Source: Candidatus Cloacimonadota bacterium (GTDB lineage Bacteria; Cloacimonadota; Cloacimonadia; Cloacimonadales; DAONDQ01). From it: 64,000 bases of DNA. Where the stretch lies: the NCBI GenBank assembly GCA_035402645.1, contig DAONDQ010000003.1, forward strand, positions 2,682 to 66,681. The letters are read 5' to 3'. A program made the translations under genes and the position numbers. Positions within the stretch are counted from its first letter, which is position 1; each line of letters begins with the position of its first letter. The notes under the pieces are model-generated. The model was not told the DNA's origin. It did not search any database and saw only the letters and a list, made by a program, of their open reading frames with translations. Below, piece by piece: positions 46,795-56,832 of this stretch.

Positions 46795-49491
46795 TTAGCG
46801 AATGCGAACCAGTTTCCGTGTTAGTGTATTTGTAGGGGTCACAAGTTTACAGAAATAGATTCCATTCCCTGTATTTGCACCGCGATCGGTCTTTCCATCC
46901 CATGTGAAATCGGTTGAACCGTCATGCAGAAAACCGTTGAACAGTGTACGAACCAGTTCACCTTTCAGATTATAAACTTTCAGGGTTGCCTTCTCGTTCT
47001 TCGCATTGCTCAGTTTCAAATGAGTTGAATCTGAGAATGGATTGGGGGCAGTTGAAAGATTCAGTGCTGGTATGGGAGCCATGCTCTGGTCATCATTCGC
47101 AGTTCCCGCCAGTATTGAAACAGTAACTGTAGCATTGGCAGGTAAATTCACCTTCACATAAACGACATTAAGATTTCCCGATGTATCAACCTGTTCCAGA
47201 ATGCCATTCTGCACTGTATAGTTCCCTGAATTATGCGGCATATTGAATTTTACCTCGGTTTCAGGGAATGCCATAGATTGATTATTGATGATAATTGCGC
47301 TTTCCTGTGCAGAATTGCCTGTATTGCTGTGTGAAAAACTGATTTGAATATTTGCACCTGTCCCACCGGCTGTAATTGGATTCTCCGGATGTAAGGTTGA
47401 ACCACTCACTCTGATCACCCTAAATGCCCTGTTCCCATCTCCGCAATTTCGAAGCGAAAGATTATACGGTTCAGTCGTTATGGAACCTGATGTGGAATGA
47501 ATATGTCCCCATAAACCCATATCGATGCCAAGTGAACTCAAATCGATCTGGGACGAGAAATCATAATGATAGAAGAATACTTTGGTTGGTTCCTGTGAAG
47601 AAGCATTGAGATCATTCTGAAGCCATTGCATCTGTCCTTCTGTGAAACTCTGTGCTCCATAGATAGCAGTTAAATAGTTTTCGTAGTTGTCATATGCTTC
47701 CATACCGATGTAATGGACTGGACCATAGTCGAATGAATAATCCTGGGTATGATAAGGATAACTTGCTGAGGAATTATTCAGCCATGACCAACCGAAGAAC
47801 TTCCACCAGTCCTTTCTTGATGTACCTACTGGAGGTGGATCCGACCATCCGCCAATATCATGATTTCCTGGAACCAGGTAGCATGGAACATCCAATTCGC
47901 CGATTACTCGTTTTGCCTTGGAGAACCAATGCAGATTCATAAAGTCTTCCATCTCTCCTGAGTTCACAAGGTCGCCGGTTAACAGAACAAATTCAGGATG
48001 GATAATGTTGATGTCATTGATCACTTCCCGCAGATCGACAGTATTTGTCGAATCTGTATCATATCCTGCATCAGGATAGAAGATTGGAGTTGGAAGATGG
48101 GTATCTGTAATTTGAACAAAGTAATAATCGCTTTTACGCGTAGGCATCACTTTCACAGAGTGCTTGGTTCGATCTGAAATATTGCCTGATGCTGTCACTT
48201 TCAAATCGTACAGATCAAAAACAGGTACACTGGGAACGATGGCATGAATTACCCATCGTGGTGGACTTTGCTGATAACTGGCATCATTGATGGTCATTGG
48301 AACTTCAATCGTCCCCCGGGAAAGATGAAGGTCCCAATTGGTTGTTGTGGTTGGAGCGGTACACTCGACCGTCATGATCTCATTCGGAACCACAATATTG
48401 GGCACTGTCAGCAATGGTCTTTGAATTACGGACAAGGTATCCTTTACTTCGCTATGAATGCCAAATACGGTTACCTGGCCTGAAGTAATTCCTGTCAATT
48501 CTGTATCATTATATTGGAAATGCGTCATTGTCAATGGTGATACACCTTCCGAGGCAGCAGTGAAACTCAGGATCAGCAGAAGTCCTGAACCATTCAGGAT
48601 CCCGTTTCCTGTATAATTGACATTCACCGTTCCAGCGGTGTTGTTCACATTCACACTTCCCTGGCTGGATAGTGTTGTAATCTGGCTGTAGCCTGCATAG
48701 GAAATATACGATGGATTATACGTCAGCGTGAATTGATAGGAGGTATAACCATTCTCGAGCGTAACCGTTGAAGTGTTCACAGGTACGGCAAAACTGGAAC
48801 CGACTAATTGCTGGATGGTTGGAAGGCTGATCACAACCCCCTGTCCACCAAGTTCTACATCAAGTGCATTACGTGGACTGATCCTGTAAGCACTGTATGT
48901 GTAGAATCCAATTCCCCTGAGATAACTGAACTGTAAACCGCTGATGATATTCAGTCCAAGATTATTTGGATCATATAATGTATCATCAACAAGACAATCA
49001 CCTGATCCATCACTTATATTGAATTCGTTATATGTATTGATGGAACTGGTAACCGTAACATTTTGAACTTGCATATATACGCTTTCGTATGCTTCTGAAC
49101 CTGCCTGGCTTGTAGTGACCTGAGCCGCGGGGGGCATGGGGTTTCCAGTGCTGACAACGTTATAGGACGTGATATTCTTGATCTCTGTCATTCCACCATA
49201 TTCATAAACTGTTCCCGCTACTTCCACAATATCACCGATATTGGGTGAATGCGTATTTTCATAAATCAGGATACCTTTCCAGGCTCCGCCTTCCGGCATG
49301 GAAATCACATACCCATGACCATTTGCATAATTGGTCGCTGTCACGACACCGGATGTTGTCACGGTCTGTCCTGCAAGAGGAGAAGGATACGTCCCGCTCC
49401 CGGCATTTGTGGTATATTGTATGTCATAAATTGTTGTTGCTGACATGATTCCTGCTAACAACAGCAGGATACTGATGCATACGATCTTCAT
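46795..49491 (-). CDS. secreted calcineurin-like metallophosphoesterase with ExeM/NucH-like N-terminal OB-type domain, cohesin-like domain and T9SS sorting domain
   Basis: N-terminus IYDIQYT...GQTVTTSGVVTA...GYVISMPEGGAWKGILIYE...GDIVEVAGTVYEYGGMTEI. Phosphoesterase motifs FVQITDTHLP, LLTGDLVNSGE, VPGNHD and WGHIHS. CTD APNPFSDSTHLKL...GIYFCKL...RKLVRIR. I prefer ATG 49491 (MKIVCISILLLLAG) to 49542. Confidence 0.85.
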   Translation of the reverse strand: MKIVCISILLLLAGIMSATTIYDIQYTTNAGSGTYPSPLAGQTVTTSGVVTATNYANGHGYVISMPEGGAWKGILIYENTHSPNIGDIVEVAGTVYEYGGMTEIKNITSYNVVSTGNPMPPAAQVTTSQAGSEAYESVYMQVQNVTVTSSINTYNEFNISDGSGDCLVDDTLYDPNNLGLNIISGLQFSYLRGIGFYTYSAYRISPRNALDVELGGQGVVISLPTIQQLVGSSFAVPVNTSTVTLENGYTSYQFTLTYNPSYISYAGYSQITTLSSQGSVNVNNTAGTVNVNYTGNGILNGSGLLLILSFTAASEGVSPLTMTHFQYNDTELTGITSGQVTVFGIHSEVKDTLSVIQRPLLTVPNIVVPNEIMTVECTAPTTTTNWDLHLSRGTIEVPMTINDASYQQSPPRWVIHAIVPSVPVFDLYDLKVTASGNISDRTKHSVKVMPTRKSDYYFVQITDTHLPTPIFYPDAGYDTDSTNTVDLREVINDINIIHPEFVLLTGDLVNSGEMEDFMNLHWFSKAKRVIGELDVPCYLVPGNHDIGGWSDPPPVGTSRKDWWKFFGWSWLNNSSASYPYHTQDYSFDYGPVHYIGMEAYDNYENYLTAIYGAQSFTEGQMQWLQNDLNASSQEPTKVFFYHYDFSSQIDLSSLGIDMGLWGHIHSTSGSITTEPYNLSLRNCGDGNRAFRVIRVSGSTLHPENPITAGGTGANIQISFSHSNTGNSAQESAIIINNQSMAFPETEVKFNMPHNSGNYTVQNGILEQVDTSGNLNVVYVKVNLPANATVTVSILAGTANDDQSMAPIPALNLSTAPNPFSDSTHLKLSNAKNEKATLKVYNLKGELVRTLFNGFLHDGSTDFTWDGKTDRGANTGNGIYFCKLVTPTNTLTRKLVRIR

Positions 49492-49613
49492 ATTCTGACT
49501 CCGTTCAATTTCATTTGAAATAGTGATGCCTATTCGATTCATCTGTGTCTATTCCAGGGGTGAATAATTACATGCAATAATCATTCTAATTCATTACAAA
49601 ACAGGTATGTGAA

Positions 49614-49647
49614 GACAGAAACAGGCTTGAGGTTCTCTCAAGCCTGT
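49614..49647 (-). terminator. hairpin terminator after gap
   Basis: 10-bp stem ACAGGCTTGA / TCAAGCCTGT (49621-49630 / 49638-49647). On the minus strand it is followed by TTCTGTCTTC, a weak U-tract. Confidence 0.5.
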
Positions 49648-49663
49648 TATCTATATTCAGTAT

Positions 49664-51665
<2,002 letters not shown>

Positions 51666-51691
51666 GATTCCTCCTAGTTTATTTCTTGTAA

Positions 51692-52588
51692 TTACAAACG
51701 AAGTATCTTTTCGACAATATCCTTTGTCGTGATCACACCGACCACTTTCCCATCCTTTTCTGCTACCGTCAAATGATACATATTGTGCTTCAACATGATG
51801 AACACCACTTCCACCATGGTGCTGTTCGGACGGACGGTCTTTTGTGCCTTGATGATGTTATCGATGAGCATGGTCTTTTCCTTCTTGAGGAATTCCTGGA
51901 ATGGTTCCAGATTCAGAAGGAAGGAAAGGTCTTCCATCATAAAGACATACTCAGGCAAACTCAGGCGTATGATATCCAGATTGTTGATTTCTCCAACATA
52001 ACACTCAGCATCATCCACAACCGGTATAAACCCCATGTGGTGCATTTTCATCAGGTCAGTGACTTCCTGGACTGTAGAGCCCTTACGTATTGTTACAGGG
52101 GGCATCATGATATCTCTTGCCAGCAGATTGGTCTCGACTTCCAGGTCCGTCATTTTCACAAGTTCACAGATTTCCTGCGCCTTTGTGGAATTGATCATTT
52201 GTTTGAATATATGTTCATAGCGGGATGAAATCTTGGCAAAACTGGCTACCGTCTTTAAATAAAGTGCTGACTGCTCAGGTGAAGTAATAATCATGATAAC
52301 GATTTTCACTTCTTCTCCATCGAAGATCACCGGTTTCTTGAATGTCGCAATCGCGACCACAAGTTGATTTAAACCCTCGATTCGGGTATGAGGAATGGAA
52401 ACGCCATCAGGATAAACCATGGAACCGAGCTTCTCTCTTTCTTCCAACCCTTTCATGCAGACATCAGTATCTAATTGAGGAACAGATTTATGCATCTCAT
52501 TGAGTAAAAATTCGTATACGTCCATCTTATTTTCCATCTGGATATGCGGGAAAATCAGGTCAGTTTTTACGATGCTTGCTAAATTCAT
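51692..52588 (-). CDS. PTS EIIA(Ntr/fructose)-type domain fused to a CBS-domain pair
   Basis: The N-terminal 150 aa contain GVSIPHTRIEG (the phosphorylatable His motif of EIIA type 2) and VKIVIMIITSPEQSALYLKTVASFAKI. The C-terminal half has two CBS units (DIMMPPVTIRKGSTVQEV...GFIPVVDD; VRPNSTMVEV...HLTVAEKDGKVVGVITTKDI). Confidence 0.75.
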   Translation of the reverse strand: MNLASIVKTDLIFPHIQMENKMDVYEFLLNEMHKSVPQLDTDVCMKGLEEREKLGSMVYPDGVSIPHTRIEGLNQLVVAIATFKKPVIFDGEEVKIVIMIITSPEQSALYLKTVASFAKISSRYEHIFKQMINSTKAQEICELVKMTDLEVETNLLARDIMMPPVTIRKGSTVQEVTDLMKMHHMGFIPVVDDAECYVGEINNLDIIRLSLPEYVFMMEDLSFLLNLEPFQEFLKKEKTMLIDNIIKAQKTVRPNSTMVEVVFIMLKHNMYHLTVAEKDGKVVGVITTKDIVEKILRL

Positions 52589-52800
52589 CTTTCCTCCAAT
52601 TGTTCATTCGTCTGAATCATCTGCTAAATATTTCCGCTTCATGTTTTTGAATTAATGAAAAACTTACAGAGAAAATCTAAACGTCAAGTTAAAAAAAGGC
52701 AATTCGCTTTTTTAGGGATTTGAAAATAATTCTCTTGCGCTTTTATTGCTTGTTGTACTTTTACCAAATCAGAATATTGAATTACTCAAGGATGGATATC

Positions 52801-55248
52801 ATGAAGCATTTCCTTGTCTTTTTTCTCCTTCTCACTTGTGTGCACCTTTTCTCTGAAACAATCATGACTCAACAAGAAAAGCAACTTTGCTACGATTTAC
52901 TCAGGTCAGAAAACTTCGACTCCACATCCGTGGATTTCCTTAAGGACTGGGCAACCGATACAGACATGAAACTCCCCATCGTCCTCGATATTCTGAATCA
53001 CCCGTTTCATTATCCTGATTTTGTAAAGACCTTGTCGGATAAAATTGAAAATGACAATTACGGTGAGTTGCTTTCTTTCTACCAGGAACTTTTACAGGCA
53101 AATGAAGATAAACAAATTGATTATCACAATACTTATCATACCTACTTCCGCGATTCAGTGAAGGAGCAAAAGGATATCTTCAAATTCGTGAAAATGGTTT
53201 TTACTGATGCTGATTTGAATTGGAACCTTGCATGGAAGGAATTGTCCGGTATAGAAAAAGACCAATTGACATACATCGCTTACACCATGTGGCAGGAAAG
53301 TGAAGATTCCCTTCGCTACAAGGATTTTTACAAATCACATCATATCGATACCTCCCCTGGCATGAACATGGAAAAGATGAAACCCCTCTTGAAAAAAGTC
53401 AATATGACCGCCCTTCTCGATGCTGCTGCACAGGTACAGGCTGGCTTCGACATATTGCGTACTGATTTACAGGACAAGAAGTTCCATTTCTCAAAAACAA
53501 TGAAGGAAAGCTCCAAATGGGGAAATCTGATCATCGGAAGTACCGGAGATGACACGTATTCAAAGAAAACTGCTTTCATTCTCGATCCGGATGGTAACGA
53601 CCACTATCAGCAGGATATCAACACGGATTTCAATCACCCTTATTACTGGATTTTGGACATAAATGGCAACGATGAATACTCCAATCCTGAAATATGCAGT
53701 CTCTTCCGCTGCTTTGCCGGTATCGGTGTACATGCCGACCTGAATGGTAACGATGTTTACACCGGCAACGACGGTATGATGTCCTCATTCTTCGGATATC
53801 AGTGTCATATCGATAATGCAGGCAATGATACCTATCGCGGAGGTTCCTATAGCCTCGGTGCAGGTACCTTCGGTATCTCCATCCTCCAGGATAAGACCGG
53901 TGACGATTTTTATTCCTGCACTTCAAATGGTGAAGGTTTCGGTGGAACCATGGGTATTGGCATGATCTCTGATTTTGAAGGTCATGACATGTATTATGCA
54001 GGTGGAGACTACATGCACGCCCCGCTTGCCCCTCTCGACCAGCGTACCACTTCCCAAGGATTCGGGTTTGGTGTTCGTCCGGACCTTGGCGGCGGTATCG
54101 GCATCATCTACGATGGCAAAGGGAACGACAGTTATCGTGGTGGTGTTTACGCCCAGGGTGTTGCCTACTGGTATGCCCTCGGTATCCTAATCGACAAGGA
54201 AGGCAACGACACGTACGATGCAGTCTATTACCCCCAAGGAAGCGGAATTCATCTTGCCGCAGGATTTCTGTTCGATGGCTCCGGTGAAGACCATTATTTC
54301 TCCAAACACGGACCCGGAGAAGGTGCAGCCCATGATTTCGGTGTCGGCTTTTTTATCGATAGAGCCGGGAATGATATCTACTCCGTGGAAGGCGGATATG
54401 GTCTGGCACTCACCAATTCCGTGGCTGTGTTCCTCGATGTCAGCGGTGATGACCGGTATGAAAGGAACAATGATTCCAATTTTGGATTTGCATCGGAAGC
54501 ACGTGATAGCGGTGGCTTGGGCATGTTCCTCGATACTGGAGGCAAGGACTATTATGCCAACACGTTCTGCAAGGATGATTCCCTCTGGCAGAGAGGGTCA
54601 TATGGCTTTGGACGGGATGCAAATCTTGTCATACCCGAGAAGACTGTCATGCAGGAAATGGCAGAAACAGAAGCAGCAGCCGTCGATAGTACAGCCTCAG
54701 TTCCAGAACTTTTCAAGATAGCCTGTGAATGGGAAGTCGGGAGTGCGCAGAAACGGGTGCAGGTTGCCCGTGAATTGCTTTTGAAGCACCAGGAAGAAAC
54801 AGCGAAATACATCTACGAAAATGCCATGAACAGCAAAGATGGTCTTGTCTATCGAGCCATCGAGACCTTCGCAGAGAAATCACCCGAATTGAAGAAGTAC
54901 TTCCCACAGGGACTGGATAATCCTGATTCACTGGTCATCAAGAACACGATTTCACTCATTGCTGATTTAAGTGATTCCACCTATATTCCACAGCTTTCCA
55001 ACTTCCTGCAGCAGAAAAAATATGTGACTGCTGTCCTGTCTGCGCTTGGATACCTCGGAACTGACGAATGTCTCGATCTTTTGCAGCAGTACATGCATTC
55101 CACAAACGAGAAGGAGAGGATCACGGTTGCCAGGGGATTCAAATATATCAAGAAACCCAGAGCGAAAGAACTGCTTCACCAGATGTCCAATGACCCTTCT
55201 TTCCTCGTGCAGGCGATGGTCAGATTATACGACAAGAAAAACCCTTGA
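52801..55248 (+). CDS. secreted repeat protein: helical N-domain, ~12 D-x-x-G-N-D-x-Y repeats (beta-helix/beta-roll-like, possibly Ca-binding), C-terminal HEAT-like repeats
   Basis: Signal peptide MKHFLVFFLLLTCVHLFSE from ATG 52801. Repeats: DPDGNDHY, DINGNDEY, DLNGNDVY, DNAGNDTY, DKTGDDFY, DFEGHDMY, DGKGNDSY, DKEGNDTY, DGSGEDHY, DRAGNDIY, DVSGDDRY, DTGGKDYY. HEAT-like tail VTAVLSALGYLGTDECLDLL...ERITVARGF. Confidence 0.75.
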   Translation: MKHFLVFFLLLTCVHLFSETIMTQQEKQLCYDLLRSENFDSTSVDFLKDWATDTDMKLPIVLDILNHPFHYPDFVKTLSDKIENDNYGELLSFYQELLQANEDKQIDYHNTYHTYFRDSVKEQKDIFKFVKMVFTDADLNWNLAWKELSGIEKDQLTYIAYTMWQESEDSLRYKDFYKSHHIDTSPGMNMEKMKPLLKKVNMTALLDAAAQVQAGFDILRTDLQDKKFHFSKTMKESSKWGNLIIGSTGDDTYSKKTAFILDPDGNDHYQQDINTDFNHPYYWILDINGNDEYSNPEICSLFRCFAGIGVHADLNGNDVYTGNDGMMSSFFGYQCHIDNAGNDTYRGGSYSLGAGTFGISILQDKTGDDFYSCTSNGEGFGGTMGIGMISDFEGHDMYYAGGDYMHAPLAPLDQRTTSQGFGFGVRPDLGGGIGIIYDGKGNDSYRGGVYAQGVAYWYALGILIDKEGNDTYDAVYYPQGSGIHLAAGFLFDGSGEDHYFSKHGPGEGAAHDFGVGFFIDRAGNDIYSVEGGYGLALTNSVAVFLDVSGDDRYERNNDSNFGFASEARDSGGLGMFLDTGGKDYYANTFCKDDSLWQRGSYGFGRDANLVIPEKTVMQEMAETEAAAVDSTASVPELFKIACEWEVGSAQKRVQVARELLLKHQEETAKYIYENAMNSKDGLVYRAIETFAEKSPELKKYFPQGLDNPDSLVIKNTISLIADLSDSTYIPQLSNFLQQKKYVTAVLSALGYLGTDECLDLLQQYMHSTNEKERITVARGFKYIKKPRAKELLHQMSNDPSFLVQAMVRLYDKKNP

Positions 55249-55292
55249 TTGAAATGATACGTGAAAAAAGATGTCCTGCATAAGGACAGAAT

Positions 55293-56576
55293 ATGAAATT
55301 AAGTAAGATAGAAAAACGGACATTTCTCCTGCTGATGATATCGACATTCTTCAATGCGATGATCGGCAGTTTGAGCAATATCCAGGACATTATTTCGAAG
55401 AAAGCGCTTCATGCCCTCGACTGGCAACTGACCCTGCTTGCCATGGTCTGGCCTCTCTCCAATTTCATCTCCATCTGGTGGGGAAAAGTACTGGAGCACT
55501 CTAAACATAAAGCCCGATATTTTCTATTGGTTGCGATTCTCGGCAGACTTGTCCTTATTTTTGGGATGTGGGTCGTTAATATGAACCAGTTCCTCATTCT
55601 TCTAACGTTCATGTTCTCTTTTTCTTCGCTGTTGATACCTGCCACCAATGCCATCTACCAGGAAAATATATCACCCATGAATAGGGGAAGAATTTTCGGC
55701 TATACAGTCAGTCTAACGACCCTGGCAGCAATGGTCATCTCCTTTTTTGCCGGAAGACTGCTCGACCAGAATGAACACTCCTTTCATATGATCCTCATGG
55801 CTGCGGGAATCTCCGGATTTCTGAGTGCATTCGTTCTCTCTTTGGTGAAATTCGACAAGAATTACCAGCGTCCGCAACTCGATTCCATGACTCCCCGTGA
55901 AATCCTCTACACACCGATCAAGCGTATGATGGAGATTCTCAAAACCAATAAGGAATTTGCCAAGTTCGAGAGGAATTTCTCTGCATACGGTATGGGGTTT
56001 ATCATGCTGCAGCCGGTGATCCCGATTTATCTTGTCCAAAACCTGCAATTAAATTATACATACAATTTCCTGGGAAAGGGAATCCTGTCGCAATACGGTT
56101 TCCTGATTCTTTCTCCCATCATTGGGAAACTTCATGACAAGTTTCATCCGCATAAGTTCACTGCCATTTCATTTGGTGCCCTGACAACTTATCCCCTGAT
56201 GTTCCTGCTCTCTTATTTCGTGCATGACAGATTCTGGGCAATCCTGCTCGTCTATATTGCTTTTGTGCTATTTGGAGTAGCCATGACAGGTGTGAATATC
56301 TCCTGGAATATGGGAACCATATTTTTTGCCGGAAAAGGTGAATCGCCAATGTACCAGAGTGTGCATGTGACGATGACTGGCTTACGGGGTGTTGTAGCGC
56401 CATTGCTGGGACTATTTCTTCTCCGTACATGCGGAATTGCCAGTGTTTTTCTTGTTGCAACACTTTTCCTGATTCTTGCTTCCTGGCTTAGCAGAAGAGA
56501 CTACAAGAACTTCCAATGCAAGTCAGAAGTGGAATGCGTACCTGAGAATCTGAATCTTCTCAACCCGAACGGATAA
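55293..56576 (+). CDS. major facilitator superfamily transporter
   Basis: About 12 TM helices in a 6+6 layout with a central loop (FDKNYQRPQLDSMTPRE). MFS-like GRLLD motif after TM helix 2/4. The substrate is unknown. Confidence 0.75.
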   Translation: MKLSKIEKRTFLLLMISTFFNAMIGSLSNIQDIISKKALHALDWQLTLLAMVWPLSNFISIWWGKVLEHSKHKARYFLLVAILGRLVLIFGMWVVNMNQFLILLTFMFSFSSLLIPATNAIYQENISPMNRGRIFGYTVSLTTLAAMVISFFAGRLLDQNEHSFHMILMAAGISGFLSAFVLSLVKFDKNYQRPQLDSMTPREILYTPIKRMMEILKTNKEFAKFERNFSAYGMGFIMLQPVIPIYLVQNLQLNYTYNFLGKGILSQYGFLILSPIIGKLHDKFHPHKFTAISFGALTTYPLMFLLSYFVHDRFWAILLVYIAFVLFGVAMTGVNISWNMGTIFFAGKGESPMYQSVHVTMTGLRGVVAPLLGLFLLRTCGIASVFLVATLFLILASWLSRRDYKNFQCKSEVECVPENLNLLNPNG

Positions 56577-56641
56577 CTAATTGTATCTATTGGGTAGGGT
56601 TAAAGTGTCATGAGAATACCGTTCGTCATTCGTATCTGAAG

Positions 56642-56736
56642 CCAATCTTTTACCAATATGATACCTGTCCCATTCCAATCCCGAGAGATTGGAATGAGAT
56701 TGGAAAGGGATTGGTATTGGATTGGATAGGGATTGC
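56642..56736. promoter_or_regulatory. dyad-symmetric phased hexamer array: 4x CCAATC-type | 5x GATTGG-type, exact 11-bp period
   Basis: Left-arm hexamers start at 56642 (CCAATC), 56653 (CCAATA), 56664 (CCTGTC) and 56675 (CCAATC). Right-arm hexamers start at 56687, 56698, 56709 and 56720 (GATTGG) and 56731 (GATTGC). The centre is the perfect 10-bp inverted repeat CATTCCAATC-CCGAGA-GATTGGAATG (56671-56696). The array ends 97 nt upstream of ATG 56833. Confidence 0.8.
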
Positions 56737-56832
56737 AATGCCACAGGATATTCCCTGTTCATTTATCATGACCTGCTTTGTGTCACATGAAAAATCCCTT
56801 GCTACAAATCTACAGGTTATCAATGTCAACAT

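Noticed and set aside
56577-56832. Two overlapping minus-strand ORFs (61 aa and 60 aa) in the MFS-U32 spacer.
   Set aside because: Their repetitive peptides (NPIPIPFQSHSN...) are simply the translation of the 11-bp GATTGG/CCAATC array. They have no SD, and two frames overlap.
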